This document shows, piece by piece, positions 51,522-57,411 of a stretch of 57,411 nt of DNA. Below the pieces are notes generated by a model that worked only from the letters and a program-made list of their open reading frames with translations, was not told the DNA's origin and ran no database searches. Made by a program: the position numbers and the translations under genes. Source of the DNA: Bacilli bacterium (lineage in GTDB: Bacteria > Bacillota_I > Bacilli_A > RFN20 > CAG-826); NCBI GenBank assembly GCA_024695405.1, contig JAILIF010000030.1, positions 1 to 57,411 on the forward strand, written 5' to 3'. Each line of letters opens with the position of its first letter. The stretch's first letter is position 1.

Positions 51522-51734
51522 CTACGCAACTAGAATTTTGCTAGCGATAGAACGATCTAAAGCTAGTCTTCCTTCTTTAACAGCGATAACAACACCACCA
51601 TTAACAGAAGAAATAACTGTAATTAAGGAATTAACTAAAATGCCAAGACTCTCAAGATGCTTTTTTGTTTTATCATCTGCAAGAATTCTAACAATTCTCA
51701 TTTCTTTATTTGTTGGAGCTAAACCAATTGGCAT
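51522..51734 (-). CDS. feoA: FeoA (second paralog)
   Basis: KHLESLGI, VKEGRLALDRSIASKI. Confidence 0.85.
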   Translation of the reverse strand: MPIGLAPTNKEMRIVRILADDKTKKHLESLGILVNSLITVISSVNGGVVIAVKEGRLALDRSIASKILVA

Positions 51735-51753
51735 ATTAATTACCTCAATTCTA

Positions 51754-51828
51754 GTTAGTTGTATCTAACCGTGTATTATTATACGCCCCATTATTTAAAT
51801 GTAAATAAAAAAGTTAGCAAACGCTAAC
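51754..51828. promoter_or_regulatory. feo promoter with GTTAG-N6-CTAAC operators (51754-51769, 51813-51828)
   Basis: TTTACA-N16-TATAAT on the minus strand flanked by two palindromes; the upstream one may double as the regulator gene's terminator. Confidence 0.7.
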
Positions 51829-51855
51829 CTTGTTAACTTTCTTTTTGTAAATAAA

Positions 51856-52227
51856 TTATTTATTTAAGAATTCTGTATGTTCTTTAATTGCTTCCCAACT
51901 CTTATCTGAGATGTCATGTTCCATACGGCATGCATCTTCTTTAGCGGTTTCTTCATCTACGCCAAGATAAATAAGTAAATTAGTTAATATTGTATGTTTT
52001 TCTAATGTTTTTTGAGCTATTTGGAATCCACTAGGAGTTAATGTAATTTCTCCTTTAGGATTTATCTCAATATATCCTGCTTCTTTAAGTTTATTCATCG
52101 CAATAGAAACAGAAGGCTTAGAAAATGATAAACCTCTAGCAATATCAATAGCGTGAACTACACCATTTTCTTGAGACAATTGTAAAATCTTCTCTAAATA
52201 ATCTTCTTGTGATTCTAATCTTTTCAT
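51856..52227 (-). CDS. DtxR/MntR-family metal-dependent transcriptional regulator
   Basis: ESQEDYLE, DIARGLSFSKPSVS, EDACRMEHDIS; start MKRLES. Confidence 0.93.
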   Translation of the reverse strand: MKRLESQEDYLEKILQLSQENGVVHAIDIARGLSFSKPSVSIAMNKLKEAGYIEINPKGEITLTPSGFQIAQKTLEKHTILTNLLIYLGVDEETAKEDACRMEHDISDKSWEAIKEHTEFLNK

Positions 52228-52274
52228 ACGATAAATATAAAATATTTTTATAAAAATCGCAAATGTATGTGCAA

Positions 52275-53069
52275 TTAAAATTGAATGCAGTCCAATACAA
52301 GCATAATTACGAATCCTAGAATAAATGACCAAACTCCATAATGATCATGACCTTCGCTAGTCATTTCTGGAATCATTTCTTCCGCGACAACGTAAATCAT
52401 ACAACCACCTGCAAAAGCTAATGCCCAAGGCATAATTCCTTGTATTTTCATAGCAAGGAATAATCCTATAACTGCAGCGATAGGTTCAACAATTCCAGAA
52501 AATACACCAAATAAGAATGCTTTTTTAGATGAACCAGTTTCACCTTTAATAGGTAAAGAAACAACTGCACCTTCTGGAATATTTTGTAAACCAATACCAA
52601 TAGATAATAATAAAGCACCCATTAATAACACTGCGTTATTGCTTTGCGATAACGCTACACCAAAAGCAATACCTACAGATAATCCTTCTGGAACATTATG
52701 AATAGTAACCGCAATGAACATCTTAGAAGTTTTACTCATTCTTTTAGTAGGTAAGCCTTCTTCTTTGTTCTCGCTACTGTGAAAGTGAGGAACTATTTTA
52801 TCTATAATCCATAAAAATCCCGCACCAAGTAATATAGAAATCATCACTATTGCCCATGTTGGCATATAAATAATTTCAGACTCTAATGCTGGTTTAATTA
52901 AAGAAAAGAAAGAAGCAGATAACATAACTCCTGCAGCAAATCCTGTAAAAATCTTGCTTAATCTAGGAGAAATCTCTTTTTTTCTAATAAAGAAAACGAA
53001 TCCTGCACCTAAAGAAGTGCATACAAATATCAAAGCTATTCCAATTACTGAATATAAAATTTCATTCAT
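52275..53069 (-). CDS. ZIP (GufA) metal transporter
   Basis: GFAAGVM, IHNVPEG, LQNIPEG, SGIVEP. Confidence 0.92.
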   Translation of the reverse strand: MNEILYSVIGIALIFVCTSLGAGFVFFIRKKEISPRLSKIFTGFAAGVMLSASFFSLIKPALESEIIYMPTWAIVMISILLGAGFLWIIDKIVPHFHSSENKEEGLPTKRMSKTSKMFIAVTIHNVPEGLSVGIAFGVALSQSNNAVLLMGALLLSIGIGLQNIPEGAVVSLPIKGETGSSKKAFLFGVFSGIVEPIAAVIGLFLAMKIQGIMPWALAFAGGCMIYVVAEEMIPEMTSEGHDHYGVWSFILGFVIMLVLDCIQF

Positions 53070-53072
53070 AAA

Positions 53073-53321
53073 CTACCTCCAACCGTACCATCTTTTAACA
53101 GGCACATCTCTTTTAAACGAGGTAATCCTATATCCAGTTTCTTTTAATGCTTTTTCAAAATCGTATTCATCTAAATTCTCTTGAGTAATGATTACGACAT
53201 TTTTATTTATATGAGATGCCGCTACTCTTTTAGCAGATATTACTTTCTTGATAGCTTCTTCAACGTGCATTTCGCACATTCCACATCTCATTCCATCAAT
53301 TCCTAATATATATTTGTTCAT
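53073..53321 (-). CDS. Heavy-metal-associated (CopZ-like) protein
   Basis: IDGMRCGMC (GMxCxxC). Confidence 0.85.
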   Translation of the reverse strand: MNKYILGIDGMRCGMCEMHVEEAIKKVISAKRVAASHINKNVVIITQENLDEYDFEKALKETGYRITSFKRDVPVKRWYGWR

Positions 53322-53345
53322 AATAACTTTCCAATCTGCGACAAC

Positions 53346-53393
53346 TAGTTAGTTATCGCTAACTATAATAGCATTTAACAAATATATATGCAA
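53346..53393 (-). promoter_or_regulatory. Promoter of HMA-ZIP-regulator operon with GTTAG-N6-CTAAC operator
   Basis: TTGCAT-N17-TATTAT (with extended TG) followed by TAGTTAG-CGATAA-CTAACTA over the start site. Confidence 0.7.
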
Positions 53394-53437
53394 ATAAGTA
53401 AAAAAGTACTTTATAAAAGTACCTTCTTACAAATCTA

Positions 53438-53460
53438 AAGCGCACCTTACGATGCGCTTG
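53438..53460 (-). terminator. Terminator after the uL15-domain gene
   Basis: AAGCGCA...TGCGCTT inverted repeat. Confidence 0.6.
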
Positions 53461-53466
53461 TTATTT

Positions 53467-56103
53467 TTATTTGTATTCGTTAACCTTGCCGCCCATTAAA
53501 ACAATCATCTTAACTGCTTGAATTGAGAAGTCATCTGCGTTAACAGTTAATTGCTTTGTTAATACACCTCTTGCAAGGACTTTAACATAATCAGCTTTGT
53601 TAGAAACAAGTTTCTTTGCTCTAAGTGCTTCAATATCAACTACATCACCATCTTCAAAGTTTTTAGATAATATATCGATATTGATAACTTCTTTCTTACC
53701 AGAATGAGCAATTTTTGCTTTTTTAATAACAATTGCTTCTTCTGCCGCTTCATCTGTCATCATCTCTTCGGCTTTTTCTACAGTAATAGACTCCATATGA
53801 GGCGTTACAGGTTCGTTCTTAACAACAGGTGCTGGCTCTTCTTTTACTACTTCTTCAGGCTTATTTACGCGAACTTTAAGCTCTTTAATTAAACCTTTCT
53901 TAAGTAGAGGAATAGTTTCTTCATATGGAATACGATAATCTTCATTAGGAATTTCTCCCTTTTCTGATCCTGCTTCGCGCATAGCCATATCAATTAAATC
54001 CTTGGCGTATTCGCATCTTCTATCATTCTTAATGCGGTATAAGACTGGAACATCTTCATATTTTTTACCTTTTGCAGGTTCAACTTTATATTTAGGATCT
54101 AATTCATCTCTTACTAAATTATAGTAAACACATAATGTTTTACCTCTAACTGCGAATTTAAGAACCATATTTCTGCCTACATTAACTGCATCGTAATGCC
54201 AAGAGACTCTGCTATTTGCCTTCTTGTGTGCGAGAGCGTAATTCTTAAGGACTGTATAGTAATCTTTCATTACATCATCTGCTTGTGAAAGTTTTGCAGT
54301 GAATGACTTAATAAATCTGATTTCAAAGATGTTACCTTTAGCGTCTTTTTCCACCAAGACAACATCACCATCGTTATTAACTTTAGATTCGACAATTTCC
54401 ATGCCTTCTTCTTTAGCTAATTCTTGATAACTAGATTCATCCACTTCTTCTTTTGGCTCTTCTTCAACTGCAACTGGAGCAGGTTTATTAATACGAACTT
54501 TTTGTTCTTTAATTAAACCTTTCTTTAATAATGTGAGAGTTTCTTCATATGGAATATGGTAGTCTTCGTTAGGAATTTCACCTTTTTCTACACCAAGGTT
54601 AGCCATAACCATATCAATTAGATCTTTAGCGTATTCACATCTTCTATCGTTTTTAATACGATATAAAACTGGAACATCTTCGTATTTCTTGCCTTTAGCG
54701 TCTTCGACTTTATATTTATCGTCTAAAATTTCTTTATTCAAGTTGTAGTAAACGCAAAGTGTTTTGCCTCTAACTGCAAACTTAATAGCCATATTTCTTC
54801 CTACATTAACTGCGTCATAATGCCAGGAGACTCTACTATTTGCTTTATTATAAGCAAGAACATAGTTCTTAAGGACTGTATAGTAATCTTTCATTACATC
54901 ATCTGCTTGTGAAAGTTTTGCAGTGAATGACTTAATGAATCTGATTTCAAAGATATTACCTTTAGCGTCTTTTTCAACTAATACAGCATCACCATCGTTA
55001 TTAACTTTAGATTCGACAATTTCCATGCCTTCTTCTTTAGCTAATTCTTCAAACGCTTTATCATTTGCTTCTTCTTCCTCTACTGGAGCTGGAGCAGGTA
55101 CTTCAGCTGGTTTACTAACTTGTACTTTAAGTTCTTTAATTAAACCTCTAGCAATAAGTGGTTTATTGTCTTCGTAAGGTAAAACATATGATTCATTCTT
55201 TTGTTCACCTTTTTCTAAGCCTAGTTTTTCAGCAACAACTGCAATAAGCTCTTTTGCATAACCACATCTTCTATCATTCTTAATACGATATAAGCATGGA
55301 ACTTCTTCATATTTCTTGCTTTCAACTTTTTCTACTTTATATTTACTATCGGCATAATCATCAGCGTTAAGTGGGAAGTAAACGCATAATGTTTTACCTC
55401 TTACCCCAAATTTAACAAATTGTTTACGTCCTGAATTTGCAGAATCATAATGCCATGAAACTCTGCTGTTAACTTTCTTATAAGAAAGAACTTCATTTTT
55501 GAGTTCTTCATAATACTTTTTACCTTCATCATTAGCTTGAATGATCTTAGCTGTAAATGATTTAACAAATCTAATTTCAAAGATATTACCCTTAGCATCT
55601 TTTTCAACGACAATAGTATCCCCATCAGCATTGACTTTAGTTTCAATGATTTCCATGCCTTCTTCTTCAGGAACTAATTCATCTACCACTTCTTCTGCAG
55701 GTGCTTCCTCTTTAACTTCTTCAGCAGCAACAACAACTGGAGCAGGTTCTTCTTCCACTGGTTTTTCTTCAACAGGTTCTTTAATCTCTTCTACTTGTTG
55801 AGCTGGTTCTTCGGCTTTAGCTTCTTCTACGGCATTATCTTCATTTTCTTCTTTTTTATCGTAGACGCCTTTTCTAATTCTTATAAATTCGAAAATAAAA
55901 ATAGCAACACCAAGAGCAGCAACTATACCAACTGCAATCCATAATACAGTAAGAGAATCACCCCCGGTTGCTGCAGCTAAGTATAAAACAGGGAGCAACC
56001 CAGTAATAGACATCAATTTAACCCCACCTTTTCCTTTTTTTGCACTCAAAACACCACTCTTTTCGCTTAATAAGTGGTTTTCTTTAATCGATGATTTCTT
56101 CAT
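53467..56103 (-). CDS. Membrane-anchored protein with three tandem ~208-aa repeats and a C-terminal ribosomal uL15-like domain
   Basis: TM LWIAVGIVAALGVAIFIF; 3x SFTAK...SRVSWHYD...VRGKTLCVY...LYRIKNDRR; C-terminal INIDILSKNFEDGDVVDIEALRAKKLV...VKVLARGVLTKQLTVNADDFSIQAVKMIVLMGGKV; SD GGAGG. Confidence 0.85.
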   Translation of the reverse strand: MKKSSIKENHLLSEKSGVLSAKKGKGGVKLMSITGLLPVLYLAAATGGDSLTVLWIAVGIVAALGVAIFIFEFIRIRKGVYDKKEENEDNAVEEAKAEEPAQQVEEIKEPVEEKPVEEEPAPVVVAAEEVKEEAPAEEVVDELVPEEEGMEIIETKVNADGDTIVVEKDAKGNIFEIRFVKSFTAKIIQANDEGKKYYEELKNEVLSYKKVNSRVSWHYDSANSGRKQFVKFGVRGKTLCVYFPLNADDYADSKYKVEKVESKKYEEVPCLYRIKNDRRCGYAKELIAVVAEKLGLEKGEQKNESYVLPYEDNKPLIARGLIKELKVQVSKPAEVPAPAPVEEEEANDKAFEELAKEEGMEIVESKVNNDGDAVLVEKDAKGNIFEIRFIKSFTAKLSQADDVMKDYYTVLKNYVLAYNKANSRVSWHYDAVNVGRNMAIKFAVRGKTLCVYYNLNKEILDDKYKVEDAKGKKYEDVPVLYRIKNDRRCEYAKDLIDMVMANLGVEKGEIPNEDYHIPYEETLTLLKKGLIKEQKVRINKPAPVAVEEEPKEEVDESSYQELAKEEGMEIVESKVNNDGDVVLVEKDAKGNIFEIRFIKSFTAKLSQADDVMKDYYTVLKNYALAHKKANSRVSWHYDAVNVGRNMVLKFAVRGKTLCVYYNLVRDELDPKYKVEPAKGKKYEDVPVLYRIKNDRRCEYAKDLIDMAMREAGSEKGEIPNEDYRIPYEETIPLLKKGLIKELKVRVNKPEEVVKEEPAPVVKNEPVTPHMESITVEKAEEMMTDEAAEEAIVIKKAKIAHSGKKEVINIDILSKNFEDGDVVDIEALRAKKLVSNKADYVKVLARGVLTKQLTVNADDFSIQAVKMIVLMGGKVNEYK
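53860..55670 (-). repeat. Intragenic tandem triplication (periods 624 and 630 bp)
   Basis: TTCCATGCCTTCTTCT at 54397, 55021 and 55651; an identical run of about 70 bp at 54242 and 54866. Confidence 0.92.
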
Positions 56104-56393
56104 ACCATATCCTCCGAACCCATCTCTAATATAAAAACAATCAATTTTGTTATATGACGTTAATCTAAAACTAAGTTAATTTCATTTTATTACTAAAAAT
56201 GATTTTTGTTAATCATAATTCTTGATTTTTATAGTCAAAATAAGGAGTTAAAAATCTATCATTGACATATTTATCAAGCAATAAAAAAGAAGTATCTATG
56301 ATACTTATTTAGTATTAATTGTTAAATAGGTAATTTTTTAAAATGAAAAATTTTTTTCTTTTTTATACGTTTTCGCACTTTAGACGAAATTAT

Positions 56394-57065
56394 TTAATTT
56401 GAATAAAATATAGCGTTTTTATGAAATGCGCCAAAGACAAACCCAAAGTTCAAAAACAAAGGAATGCTGTCAAAAGCTTCAAAAGAAGATCTATTTAAAA
56501 ATTCAGTAATACCTATGTTTTCAATAAAACCATATGGATTATAAATAATAATATTATCGTTATAAATATCTAAAGAAGTAACCACAGAGAAATGTAATGT
56601 CCATTCATTTTCGAATTTTGCAGCCCATTCTAACACAACAGGATTACCGCTTTCTAACGATTTATGAATGTGTTTTAACAATTCATCATTTGCTAAATAT
56701 GTTTCACTTACAAAGCTTTTATCATTAATACATTCGTTAATTTCATTTAAAAAACCATTTGTAGATGAAGTAGAAACACCACCATTGTTTTTGTTATTCA
56801 AATCATCTTCGGTTACCTTTTTACCATAAAATTCAGAAAGCATTTCTATAGTTGCATATCCACATGAAATATGTTGTTCTACTAAGTTAATTCCGCTAAC
56901 TTCTACTTTTCTATTGTAATGTTCATCTTCTTTCAAGTAGATCCAGTTTTTATTAATGCTACTCGTTTTAAATCCTAATATAATAAAAGGTATTGCAAAC
57001 GCGAGTACGAGAGCACACGTAATAGAACAAACGATAATAACTACAATTTTCTTTTTCTTTTTCAT
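56394..57065 (-). CDS. Membrane-anchored C39-like (papain-fold) peptidase
   Basis: N-terminal TM; QHISCGYA (catalytic Cys), LHFSVV (His), YNPYG. Confidence 0.7.
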   Translation of the reverse strand: MKKKKKIVVIIVCSITCALVLAFAIPFIILGFKTSSINKNWIYLKEDEHYNRKVEVSGINLVEQHISCGYATIEMLSEFYGKKVTEDDLNNKNNGGVSTSSTNGFLNEINECINDKSFVSETYLANDELLKHIHKSLESGNPVVLEWAAKFENEWTLHFSVVTSLDIYNDNIIIYNPYGFIENIGITEFLNRSSFEAFDSIPLFLNFGFVFGAFHKNAIFYSN

Positions 57066-57152
57066 GGTTACACTTTAGCATAGCCAATAATAATTAACTA
57101 GCAACCGTAGTTGTCAAAATATACTTTTTTGTCTATTGTAGTTTGCATTATT

Positions 57153-57411
57153 CCAAAATAAGCAACTTTTGGTATCAATATGTAAAAATAATAACCTTGA
57201 GAAACAACCACCTAAATGAATATCCATCAATCAATTTATTAATAGAGGCTATTTAAAAAAGAATAATCATTAAATATTTATGGCATAAATTATATGAATA
57301 TTCTTTTTTAAATAGCCTCTATTAATAAATTGATTGATGGATATTCATTTAGGTGGTTGTTTCTCAAGGTTATTATTTTTACATATTGATACCAAAAGTT
57401 GCTTATTTTGG
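57153..57411. repeat. Terminal inverted repeat: 113-bp perfect arms (57153-57265 / 57299-57411) around a 33-nt imperfect palindrome
   Basis: The last 113 nt are the exact reverse complement of 57153-57265; the centre contains ATTTATG-G-CATAAAT and TCAT/ATGA pairing. Confidence 0.95.

Noticed and set aside
34847-52332. Longer ORF-track starts at 35746, 36588, 40908, 42322, 48694 and 52332
   Set aside because: They overlap promoters or upstream genes; downstream ATGs fit the SD or -10 positions and family N-termini better.
3-55801. The many short ORFs in the track that lie antisense to or out of frame within long genes (e.g. 3-185, 805-1128, 12202-12639, 18603-19028, 38474-38836, 55541-55801)
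   Set aside because: They are shadows of well-supported genes, with no SD or recognisable motifs.
53467-56103. Annotating this gene as the housekeeping rplO
   Set aside because: 878 aa, TM anchor, no N-terminal uL15 arm and no spc-operon context.
57114-57227. 37-aa minus-strand ORF in the arm of the terminal palindrome
   Set aside because: No SD and no recognisable motif.
1-57411. Mollicute genetic code 4, or rRNA, tRNA, IS or prophage content
   Set aside because: Conserved genes are full length under code 11, and no RNA-gene, transposase or phage signatures were recognised by eye. A covariance-model scan could still find small RNAs.

Overview
Low-GC (roughly 30%) chromosomal segment of a Bacilli-like anaerobe, probably an uncultured gut lineage (inferred from gene content and style). 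It reads in genetic code 11 and nearly every gene is on the minus strand. The left third is a translation/RNA-metabolism core (rimP-nusA-infB-rbfA, truB-ribF, rpsO, pnp, partial RNase J), with an inserted TtcA-GNAT fusion plus oxidoreductase and a GlpA-like three-gene operon. The middle holds a 650-bp intergenic region with a DnaA-box cluster, envelope glycosylation genes, a secreted permuted papain-like protein, large ABC exporters and a VanZ protein split by Ig-like domains. The right part is rich in metal and oxygen-stress genes (two ZIPs, feoAAB, MntR/DtxR, CopZ-like, flavodiiron protein, reverse rubrerythrin) and has a LytTR regulatory system. Most notable: (1) a membrane-anchored 878-aa protein with three tandem ~208-aa repeats and a C-terminal ribosomal uL15 domain; (2) a 113-bp-arm perfect inverted repeat at the very end of the window (hairpin end or fold-back artefact); (3) an unannotated 42-aa membrane peptide whose SD is complementary to its own coding region and which overlaps an ABC gene start; (4) many apparently leaderless genes; (5) a candidate sRNA sharing a 22-nt motif with the rubrerythrin 3' UTR. 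No rRNA, tRNA, CRISPR array or transposase was recognised. All family calls come from motif recognition, not database searches.
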